From positions 57,275 to 121,274 of the forward strand of contig JAFVQU010000007.1 in the NCBI GenBank assembly GCA_017504625.1: 64,000 nucleotides of DNA. The letters are read 5' to 3'. The DNA is from Clostridia bacterium (GTDB lineage Bacteria > Bacillota > Clostridia > Oscillospirales > CAG-272). Position numbers and translations under genes: made by a program. The notes below the pieces were generated by a model. It ran no database searches and was not told the origin of the DNA. It worked only from the letters and a program-made list of their open reading frames with translations. Position 1 is the stretch's first letter; every line of letters starts with the position of its first letter. Shown piece by piece: positions 8,394 to 16,276 of the stretch.

Positions 8394-8434
8394 TATAATG
8401 TAAGATAATGTGGCTTAATGAAAGGAGATATTTT

Positions 8435-9769
8435 GTGAGATTTAAATTATTAGGCAATACGCATATTCCTCATTACAAAAATACGGCAAATATGAAAGCA
8501 ATACCAATGCCTTCACCAAAGGAGGTTTTGCTTCCTCTGTCCCAGCACATCGGAGCCCCCGCTACACCAATTGTGAGCGTCGGTGACGAGGTGAAGATCG
8601 GTCAGAAGATCGCTGAGGCAAACGGTTACGTTTCCTCACCGATATACGCATCTGTTTCGGGAAAGGTGACAAAAATAGAAGATTATCTTCGTCCCGACGG
8701 ACGAGTTGTTCCAGCAATCAGAATAGTAAGCGACGGTGAAATGACGGTTTATGAAGGGATTACAGCCCCTACCGTTAACGATCTTGATACACTTATATCC
8801 GCTTCGCGCGAATCGGGACTTGTCGGTCTTGGCGGCGCCGGATTCCCTATGTCAGTAAAGCTTGACGCGCTCAAAAAAGGCATTATTGACACTATACTCA
8901 TAAACGCGGCAGAGTGTGAGCCTTACATAACCTGCGACACTCACACGATGAAATTTGAATCGGAGTGGGTAGAAAAAGGTATCGCGTTGTTTGAAAAATA
9001 TACCGACGTAAAGAATATTATCATCGGTATTGAAAAGAACAAGCCCGAATGTATCAAGGATATGAAAAAGCTTTTCAAAGGCAACACTCGCGTGTCTGTT
9101 TCCGCTCTCCCCGAGAAATATCCTCAGGGCGGAGAGAAGATACTTATTTATAACACAACGAAAAGGATTGTTCCCGAGGGTAAGCTTCCCGCGGACGTAG
9201 GAGTTATCGTGATTAACGTTACTTCCCTTGCAGTCTTTGCAAAGTACGTTGAAACGGGTATGCCTCTCGTAAACAGATGCGTGACCTTTGACGGCTCTGC
9301 CGCAAAGGAGCCGAAGAATGTCATAGTACCCATCGGTACGGCTATTTCCGAGGTCATTGATTTTTGCGGAGGTCTTTCCGAGCCTTGTGGCAAGGTGCTT
9401 TACGGTGGGCCTATGATGGGCACTCCCGCGGCATCGCTCTCCGAGCCTGTTGTAAAAACCACGGGCGCGATCACTGTGTTCAATCGAGAGGATTCTATTT
9501 TGCCCGAGCCTACGGCTTGTATCCGTTGCGGCAGATGTACGAGAAGCTGTCCGCTCAATCTCATCCCCGATGCCTTTTCAAAGGCACTTGAAGCCGAGAA
9601 TGAAGAGGAAAAGATCGCAATTCTCGATAAAAACAAGATCATGCTTTGTATGGAATGCGGATGCTGCTCCTACGTATGCCCCGCAAACCGCCCTCTCGTT
9701 CAGAACAACCGTCTTGCAAAGGGCGAATGGCGAGAGTATCAAAGCAGAATGTCGAAGCTCAATAAGTGA
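8435..9769 (+). CDS. rnfC: Rnf electron transport complex subunit C
   Basis: Two ferredoxin-type clusters are present (CIRCGRCTRSCP and CMECGCCSYVCP) in an NADH/FMN-binding RnfC-like body. AAGGAG at 8422-8427 sits 7 nt before GTG 8435. The track ORF starts at 8408. Confidence 0.9.
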   Translation: MRFKLLGNTHIPHYKNTANMKAIPMPSPKEVLLPLSQHIGAPATPIVSVGDEVKIGQKIAEANGYVSSPIYASVSGKVTKIEDYLRPDGRVVPAIRIVSDGEMTVYEGITAPTVNDLDTLISASRESGLVGLGGAGFPMSVKLDALKKGIIDTILINAAECEPYITCDTHTMKFESEWVEKGIALFEKYTDVKNIIIGIEKNKPECIKDMKKLFKGNTRVSVSALPEKYPQGGEKILIYNTTKRIVPEGKLPADVGVIVINVTSLAVFAKYVETGMPLVNRCVTFDGSAAKEPKNVIVPIGTAISEVIDFCGGLSEPCGKVLYGGPMMGTPAASLSEPVVKTTGAITVFNREDSILPEPTACIRCGRCTRSCPLNLIPDAFSKALEAENEEEKIAILDKNKIMLCMECGCCSYVCPANRPLVQNNRLAKGEWREYQSRMSKLNK

Positions 9770-9783
9770 GAAAGGAGCTTGGT

Positions 9784-10731
9784 ATGAATAACTTAATAAT
9801 ATCATCCTCGCCTCACTTCCACAGTAAGACGAGAACGAAAAATATAATGCTCGACGTGATAATCGCGCTTATTCCCGCGGCTATTGCAGCAATCGTATTC
9901 TACGGGCTTAAAGCGGCTCTTATTATAGCCGTATGCGTTGCAACATCGGTTGCGGCAGAGTACTTCTTCAACCTCATTTGCAAGAAAAAGCAAACTGTCG
10001 GCGATCTTAGCGCAATTGTCACCGGACTTTTGCTTGCATTGAGTCTTTCAACTAAGGTAACGCTTTGGCAGTGCTTCGTCGGAAGTGTCTTTGCAATTAT
10101 TGCGGTTAAATGTCTTTTTGGAGGTATCGGTTGCAACTTTGCAAACCCCGCAGTAACCGCAAGAGTATTTCTCCTTATTGCATTCGGTAAGGTCGCGGGC
10201 GGTGTGGCAACCAACTTTGCATCCCCCGAGCTTGTTGCAAGTGCAACTCCTCTTGAGGTGATTTCGGGCGGCAACGGTGAGCTTCCCTCTCTTTTTGATA
10301 TGCTTATCGGTAACAGAGGCGGTGCTATCGGCGAGGGATGCGCTATTGCGCTTATTCTTGGATTTATCTATCTTCTTGTAAGACGCATTATTTCGTGGCA
10401 CACACCCGCAGTCTATATTGCGACCGCGTTTGTTCTCTCGCTTATTATCAAGCAAGACTTGACGGCTGCGCTCTATCAGGTGCTTGGCGGCGGTCTTCTT
10501 CTCGGTGCGATATTTATGGCAACCGATTATTCGACCACTCCCACACATCTTTGGGGTAAAATCATATTTGGACTTGGTTGCGGAGTGATTACCATACTTA
10601 TCAGATTTTTCGGAAGCTATCCCGAGGGTGTTTCCTTTGCGATACTTCTTATGAACATTCTCACACCCTATATTGACAAGATAGGCGTTCCCACGCCCTT
10701 GGGAGCAGGAGGTGCGAAGAATGAAAAATAA
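9784..10731 (+). CDS. rnfD: Rnf complex subunit D (NqrB/RnfD family)
   Basis: The product is a polytopic membrane protein in the conserved rnfCDGEAB order. An AAGGAG RBS precedes ATG 9784. Confidence 0.9.
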   Translation: MNNLIISSSPHFHSKTRTKNIMLDVIIALIPAAIAAIVFYGLKAALIIAVCVATSVAAEYFFNLICKKKQTVGDLSAIVTGLLLALSLSTKVTLWQCFVGSVFAIIAVKCLFGGIGCNFANPAVTARVFLLIAFGKVAGGVATNFASPELVASATPLEVISGGNGELPSLFDMLIGNRGGAIGEGCAIALILGFIYLLVRRIISWHTPAVYIATAFVLSLIIKQDLTAALYQVLGGGLLLGAIFMATDYSTTPTHLWGKIIFGLGCGVITILIRFFGSYPEGVSFAILLMNILTPYIDKIGVPTPLGAGGAKNEK

Positions 10732-11227
10732 GCTTATGCCCACTATCGTTCTTACCTGCATCTGCATAATAGTTGCGCTCTTACTGGCGGTTGTAAACAC
10801 GATAACCGCACCCAAGATAGAGCAGCTTCAATATGAAAAGGAGCAGGCGGCGCTTGCAAAGGTCTATCCGGGCGGAAACAATTTTGTTGACATTTCAACC
10901 GACAGACTTCCCGCATCCGTAACAAAGGCTTACACCGAGGACGGCGGCGGATACGTTTTCCAAATGACCGTTACGGGATATAAGAGTGGACTTATCATAA
11001 TGTGCGGTATTGATCCTGACGGAAACGTAACCGGTGCTGATTTCATCAAATCAAGCGAAACATTATCTGCAGAGATTGGACTTGGACAGAGCTATATCGG
11101 ACAAAATTCCGACAGCTTTGAGCCTATATTGGTATCGGCAGCGACAAAAACTACAAATGCGTATGCAAACGCTATAAAGGCGGCGCTTGAAGCCTATGAA
11201 ATTCTTGCTGACAAGGAGGGTAAATAA
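10721..11227 (+). CDS. rnfG: Rnf complex subunit G (FMN-binding)
   Basis: The protein has an N-terminal TM anchor and an FMN-binding-domain-like sequence. An AGGAGG RBS precedes ATG 10721, and the gene overlaps the end of rnfD. Confidence 0.88.
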   Translation: MKNKLMPTIVLTCICIIVALLLAVVNTITAPKIEQLQYEKEQAALAKVYPGGNNFVDISTDRLPASVTKAYTEDGGGYVFQMTVTGYKSGLIIMCGIDPDGNVTGADFIKSSETLSAEIGLGQSYIGQNSDSFEPILVSAATKTTNAYANAIKAALEAYEILADKEGK

Positions 11228-11931
11228 TGAAAAACAATAAATTATCTATTCTCCTTCGCGGAATAATTCAAGAAAACCCCGTGCTTATTCTTGTTCTTGG
11301 TACTTGTCCCACTCTTGCAACGACCGGTAACGTAATATCGGCACTTTCAATGGGACTTGCTGCTACGTTTGTTCTTGTATGCTCAAACGCAGTAATTTCC
11401 GCGCTCCGCAAGATCATCCCCGACACGGTACGAATTCCGTGCTACATAGTTATAATTGCAGGCTTCGTTACGATACTTCAGTTGCTTCTTCAGGCATATT
11501 TGCCTTCAATTTACGACATGCTTGGCGTATATCTTGCTCTTATCGTAGTTAACTGTATCATTCTTGGGAGAGCCGAGATGTTCGCGCGCAAAAATCCGAT
11601 TGCCAATTCAGTGCTTGACGGACTTGGAATGGGACTTGGCTTCCTTGTAGCTCTTCTCGCTATGGCAACGGTCCGTGAAGTTCTTGGCGCAGGCTCCTTT
11701 GCGGGTATCGTGCTTCCCTTTATGGATGAGATAAAGATTCCAATTCTGACACAAGCTCCAGGCGGATATCTTGTTTTCGGTATCTTGATAGCAGTTATGA
11801 ACAAGCTTACAGAAAAGCGCGGCGGTGTCAAGAAAAAGTCATTCTCATGCGAGGGATGTCCCTCCGCGGCGGCTTGTAAGGGCGGCTGTGACGTAAAAAC
11901 CGAAGAAAAGGAGGAAAACGTTAATGTTTAA
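11227..11931 (+). CDS. rnfE: Rnf complex subunit E
   Basis: The product is an RnfE/NqrD-like polytopic membrane protein. Its start forms a TAATG overlap with the rnfG stop. Confidence 0.9.
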   Translation: MKNNKLSILLRGIIQENPVLILVLGTCPTLATTGNVISALSMGLAATFVLVCSNAVISALRKIIPDTVRIPCYIVIIAGFVTILQLLLQAYLPSIYDMLGVYLALIVVNCIILGRAEMFARKNPIANSVLDGLGMGLGFLVALLAMATVREVLGAGSFAGIVLPFMDEIKIPILTQAPGGYLVFGILIAVMNKLTEKRGGVKKKSFSCEGCPSAAACKGGCDVKTEEKEENVNV

Positions 11932-12517
11932 AACGCTTATTCTTATATTGATGGGCGGAGTTCTCATCAACAACTACGTTCTCCAGCAATTCCTCGGTAT
12001 TTGTCCTTTCCTTGGCGTATCAAAAAAGGTAAATCAGGCAGTCGGAATGGGTGTAGCGGTAACCTTCGTAATGCTTTTTGCAACGGCGGCTACATATCCC
12101 ATCTACGCTTATATCCTTGAGCCTAACGGTCTTTCTTTCCTTCAAACTATTGTTTTCATACTCGTTATTGCAACGCTCGTTCAGTTTGTTGAGATAGTTT
12201 TAAAGAAGTTTATTCCTTCGCTTTTCAAGGCGCTCGGCGTATATCTTCCCCTTATCACGACCAACTGCGCGGTGCTTGGTGTTACGCTCAATAACATCAC
12301 CGACGGATACAATTTCCTTGAATCTATGGTATCGTCGCTCGGCGTTGGACTTGGATTTTTGCTTGCAATGGTTCTTTTCGCTGGTGTTCGTTCAAGAATT
12401 GAAATGTGTCCCGCGCCCAAGGCATTCAAGGGGCTTCCCACTACGCTTATTGCGGCTTCTATCGTTGCAATGTCCTTCTACGGCTTCTCAGGCGTAATTG
12501 AAGGACTTTTAGGATAA
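11924..12517 (+). CDS. rnfA: Rnf complex subunit A
   Basis: The product is an RnfA/NqrE-like polytopic membrane protein. The gene overlaps rnfE by 8 nt. Confidence 0.9.
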   Translation: MFKTLILILMGGVLINNYVLQQFLGICPFLGVSKKVNQAVGMGVAVTFVMLFATAATYPIYAYILEPNGLSFLQTIVFILVIATLVQFVEIVLKKFIPSLFKALGVYLPLITTNCAVLGVTLNNITDGYNFLESMVSSLGVGLGFLLAMVLFAGVRSRIEMCPAPKAFKGLPTTLIAASIVAMSFYGFSGVIEGLLG

Positions 12518-12529
12518 GGAGGTAGCGAT

Positions 12530-13339
12530 ATGGAAAAAATTTTAATTCCCGTGCTTATCTCCTTTGCAATCGCAACAGTCTGCGGAGTGATATTAACAGT
12601 ATCATCAAAACTCTTTGCAGTCAAGGAGGACGAGAAATTTGTAAAAATTCGTGACTGCCTACCCGGTGCAAACTGCGGCGCGTGCGGATATAGCGGCTGT
12701 GACGGCTATGCGAAGGCTCTCTCCGAGGGTAAAACCGACGTAACGAACCTGTGCGTTCCCGGTGGCGACGGTGCGGCTAAGGAAATTGCCGCAGTACTTG
12801 GCGTTGAGGCTGAGGAGGTCGTCAAGAAGGTCGCATATATTGCCTGTAACGGCAATTGTGATGCTGCTCCGCGCAAATACGAGTACCACGGGCAGATGAG
12901 CTGTAGAACTGCAAATATGAGCTATAACGGTGACAAGCATTGCACATTTGCATGTCTTGGCTACGGAGATTGCGCAAATATTTGTCCCCAAAACGCGATC
13001 TCGATTGAAAATGGTGTGGCAAATGTTGATCCACGCAAGTGTATTGGTTGCGGAATGTGCGCACGCGTATGTCCCAACCACGTTATTCATCTTATTAAGG
13101 ATACTTCGCGCGTTGCTGTTCTCTGCTCCAATCACGACAAGGGTGCAGTTACGAGAAAGGCTTGTACAAACGGCTGTATCGGTTGTGGCAAGTGTCAGAA
13201 GACCTGTTCTCACGACGCAATTCACGTTGAGCATAATCTTGCGGTCATTGACTATGAAAAATGCATCGGTTGCGGTGATTGCGCATCGGCATGCCCCGTT
13301 CATTGTATCGTTGAAAAATGTTTTAGAACCGATAACTAA
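12530..13339 (+). CDS. rnfB: Rnf complex subunit B (polyferredoxin)
   Basis: An N-terminal TM helix is followed by several CxxCxxCxxxCP 4Fe-4S motifs. Confidence 0.9.
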   Translation: MEKILIPVLISFAIATVCGVILTVSSKLFAVKEDEKFVKIRDCLPGANCGACGYSGCDGYAKALSEGKTDVTNLCVPGGDGAAKEIAAVLGVEAEEVVKKVAYIACNGNCDAAPRKYEYHGQMSCRTANMSYNGDKHCTFACLGYGDCANICPQNAISIENGVANVDPRKCIGCGMCARVCPNHVIHLIKDTSRVAVLCSNHDKGAVTRKACTNGCIGCGKCQKTCSHDAIHVEHNLAVIDYEKCIGCGDCASACPVHCIVEKCFRTDN

Positions 13340-13373
13340 ATTTGTACAGTTAATATTGAAATAAGAAAAAACA

Positions 13374-13400
13374 CCCCGACAGACAAAATTCTGTCGGGGT
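13374..13400. terminator. Bidirectional terminator between rnfB and tadA
   Basis: The stem ccccgacag / ctgtcgggg is flanked by A-rich sequence on one side and T-rich sequence on the other. Confidence 0.8.
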
Positions 13401-13410
13401 ATTTTATAAT

Positions 13411-13857
13411 TTATCTTTTCTTGACAAAGAAATCCGATAAGATCTTAGCGCAATCATCCGTCATAACGCCGTTATCTACAATAGGCTTATGATTGAAGGG
13501 ATATGACGCTAAATTCACAATGCTTCCACACGCGCCTGCTTTGGCATCCTTAGCACCAAAAACTACTCTTTTGATCCTTGAATTGATTATTGCTCCCATA
13601 CACATAGGACACGGCTCAAGAGTAACGTATAGCTCACAATCCTCAAGTCGCCAGCTGCCAATAGCATCACAAGCCATCCTTATAGCAAGCGTTTCTGCAT
13701 GACCGGTCGCATCACCGGTTTCTTCTCTATTGTTATGTGCTTGTGATATGATCTTCCCGTCCTTGACAATAATTGCGCCCACCGGCACCTCGCCCGCATC
13801 ATAAGCTTTTTTTGCTTCATCAACGGCTATTTTCATATATTCTTTATCATTATTCAT
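13411..13857 (-). CDS. tadA: tRNA-specific adenosine deaminase
   Basis: The 148-aa product carries the CDA-fold zinc motifs HAE and PCPMC. Confidence 0.9.
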   Translation of the reverse strand: MNNDKEYMKIAVDEAKKAYDAGEVPVGAIIVKDGKIISQAHNNREETGDATGHAETLAIRMACDAIGSWRLEDCELYVTLEPCPMCMGAIINSRIKRVVFGAKDAKAGACGSIVNLASYPFNHKPIVDNGVMTDDCAKILSDFFVKKR

Positions 13858-13930
13858 AATTTCACCGTGCCAAATTTAATATAACTTGATTATACCATAA
13901 CGACGAGCAAATATCAAGCACAAAAAATAA

Positions 13931-13958
13931 AATACCGTTGCATTTCTGCAACGGTATT
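13931..13958. terminator. Terminator downstream of tsf
   Basis: The stem aataccgttgca / tgcaacggtatt is followed by T-runs on both strands. Confidence 0.8.
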
Positions 13959-13976
13959 TTTTGAAGTTGATTTTAA

Positions 13977-14900
13977 TTAAGCGTTACCGGTAAGCTTAGC
14001 AACCTCTGCTGCGAGGTCGTCCTGCTTCTTCTCGATACCCTCACCCTTCTCGAAACGAACGAAGGATGCGATCTTGATGGAACCGCCAAGAGCCTTTGCG
14101 GTGTTTGCAACGTACTTTGCAACACTCTCGTGCTCTTCAGCCTTAACGTATTCCATATCTACAAGGCAGTTGCCCTCGTAGAACTTGTTGATCTTACCCA
14201 TTATGATACCCTCAAGAACCTTCTCGGGCTTGCCTGCCATCTTAGGATCGTTAGCAAGCTGTGCCTTAATGATGTTCTTCTCGTTCTCAACAACATCTGC
14301 AGGAACTGCTGTTCTGTCAAGGTAAGGAGTGGGGTATGCACCAACCTGAAGTGCGATGTTCTTTGCGAACTCAGCGAACTCAGCGTTGTCAGCGCAATCA
14401 GTATCAAACTTAACGATTACACCGATAGAACCCATGCCGTGAATGTAAGTGCTGGTTACACCCTCAACTACTGCGAAACGGCGAACAGTGATCTTCTCAC
14501 CGATCTGGAATATAAGCTCCTTGAGCTTTGCCTCAACGGTAACACCCTCGTAGTCAGAAGCCATAAGAGCCTCTACGTCTGCGGGATTGTTAGCGATGAT
14601 TGTCTTAAGAAGGTTCTTAACGAACGCCTTGAACATGTCGTTCTTTGCAACGAAGTCAGTCTCGGTGTTAACCTCAACGATAGCGGTCTTGTCGCCCTCG
14701 GTAAGAACGTCAACGATACCGTCTGCTGCGATTCTTGTTGCCATCTTGGTCTCTGCCTTAAGCTCACCCTTCTCACGAAGAAGCTTGATTGCAGCCTCCA
14801 TATCACCGTCAGCCTCAACGAGTGCCTTCTTGCACTCCATCATACCGATACCGGTCTTTGCTCTGAGAGCAGCAACGTCTTTTGCTGTAATAGTAGCCAT
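13977..14900 (-). CDS. tsf: Translation elongation factor Ts
   Basis: The N-terminal UBA-like signature AKDVAALRAKTGIGMMECKKAL is present. The gene lies directly downstream of rpsB. Confidence 0.95.
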   Translation of the reverse strand: MATITAKDVAALRAKTGIGMMECKKALVEADGDMEAAIKLLREKGELKAETKMATRIAADGIVDVLTEGDKTAIVEVNTETDFVAKNDMFKAFVKNLLKTIIANNPADVEALMASDYEGVTVEAKLKELIFQIGEKITVRRFAVVEGVTSTYIHGMGSIGVIVKFDTDCADNAEFAEFAKNIALQVGAYPTPYLDRTAVPADVVENEKNIIKAQLANDPKMAGKPEKVLEGIIMGKINKFYEGNCLVDMEYVKAEEHESVAKYVANTAKALGGSIKIASFVRFEKGEGIEKKQDDLAAEVAKLTGNA

Positions 14901-14940
14901 TTTGGTTAATTCCTTTCTATTTAGTTCAAATATGCGCTAA

Positions 14941-15684
14941 TTAAGCGTTCTCTTCCTCAGCCTCAGCCTCAGTCTTCTCCTCAACTGCCTCTGCGGTGGT
15001 CTCGCCCTGCTTACCTTCGATAACTGCGTCAGCAATTACGGAAGAAATGAGCTTGATTGCGCGGATAGCGTCGTCGTTACCGGGAATTACGTAGTCAGCA
15101 TCGTCAGGATCACAGTTAGTGTCAACGATTGCGATTACGGGAATACCAAGCTTCTTAGCCTCAAGAACTGCGTTCTTTTCCTTCTTGGGGTCTACGATGA
15201 AAATTGCATCGGGAAGCTGCTCCATGGTCTTGATACCGCCGAGGTTCTTCTCGAGGTCGAAGATCTCCTTCTGGAGAGCTGCAACTTCCTTCTTGGGAAG
15301 CATATCAAAGGTGCCGTCTTCTGCCATCTTGTTAAGGCTGTTGAGTCTTGCGATAGATCTCTTGATGGTCTTGAAGTTAGTCATCATACCGCCGGGCCAA
15401 CGAACGTTTACGTAGTACTGACCGCAACGAAGAGCCTCTTCCTTGATAGCCTCTGCCGCCTGCTTCTTAGTACCAACGAAAAGAACGTTACCACCGTTTG
15501 CGGAAAGCTCACGAACGAACATGTAAGCTTCCTCAAACTTCTTAACAGTCTTCTGAAGGTCGATGATGTAGATGCCGTTTCTCTCAGTGAAGATGTACTC
15601 CTGCATCTTAGGGTTCCATCTTCTTGTGTGATGTCCGAAATGGACGCCTGCTTCAAGCAACTGCTTAATTGAAATAATAGACAT
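14941..15684 (-). CDS. rpsB: 30S ribosomal protein S2
   Basis: The protein contains [32 protein letters not shown] precedes ATG 15684. The track ORF extends 30 nt further upstream, to 15714. Confidence 0.95.
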   Translation of the reverse strand: MSIISIKQLLEAGVHFGHHTRRWNPKMQEYIFTERNGIYIIDLQKTVKKFEEAYMFVRELSANGGNVLFVGTKKQAAEAIKEEALRCGQYYVNVRWPGGMMTNFKTIKRSIARLNSLNKMAEDGTFDMLPKKEVAALQKEIFDLEKNLGGIKTMEQLPDAIFIVDPKKEKNAVLEAKKLGIPVIAIVDTNCDPDDADYVIPGNDDAIRAIKLISSVIADAVIEGKQGETTAEAVEEKTEAEAEEENA

Positions 15685-15830
15685 TTTTATGTCCTCCTTC
15701 GGTTTTTCCACCACAGTAGCTTTGGCGATGCAATCCTCCTACTTACAAGGATTTCGGAGAACACCGACACCGCAGACGTGGTACTGTGTGTGTGATTATT
15801 TTTTTACTGTGTCTTTGCACAGCAAGAGTG

Positions 15831-15859
15831 ATTATAACATATAATATATACTTTTGCAA
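15831..15859 (-). promoter_or_regulatory. Sigma-A type promoter of rpsB-tsf (TTGCAA-17-TATAAT)
   Basis: On the minus strand, TTGCAA (15859-15854) and TATAAT (15836-15831) are separated by 17 nt. This predicts a leader of about 140 nt. Confidence 0.7.
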
Positions 15860-15894
15860 GAAGCATTTTCAGAGTTTACAAATTATTTACATTT

Positions 15895-16182
15895 TCATCT
15901 GTGCCGTTTGCTTTTTTTCGCGCATTCGCAGCGAAAAAGCTCGTTTTGTGGAACCTTAACGAGTATTGCATCCTCACCGATACATTCAATTCTTCCCCAT
16001 GGAATTACGTATTCCTCCTTTTTCCCAAACGGCATAAATCCGTTGTCAATGGGAATTATCAAGGACAGAATCTGACCGCAATCAAGATCCAACTCAAAAT
16101 CACAGGCGTATCCCAGACGCTCGCCTCCGCAAAGATTTATAACTTCAAGTTCTCTTACCTCTGCCGTACTCATTTTTCGCAT
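15895..16182 (-). CDS. YlmC/YmxH family sporulation protein (PRC-barrel)
   Basis: The 95-aa product contains LGYACDFELDLDCGQILSLII, which is typical of YlmC/YmxH. Confidence 0.75.
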   Translation of the reverse strand: MRKMSTAEVRELEVINLCGGERLGYACDFELDLDCGQILSLIIPIDNGFMPFGKKEEYVIPWGRIECIGEDAILVKVPQNELFRCECAKKSKRHR

Positions 16183-16200
16183 ATGCTCTCTCCCATCTCA

Positions 16201-16229
16201 AAAATACGGGGCGGCAAAAGAGCCGCCCC
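16201..16229 (-). terminator. Terminator of the clpE / ATPase-like cluster
   Basis: On the minus strand, GGGGCGGC-TCTTTT-GCCGCCCC is followed by GTATTTTT. Confidence 0.85.
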
Positions 16230-16276
16230 TTTAAAGAATTATATGCAAGCACGTTGTAAAATAATATACTAATCCG

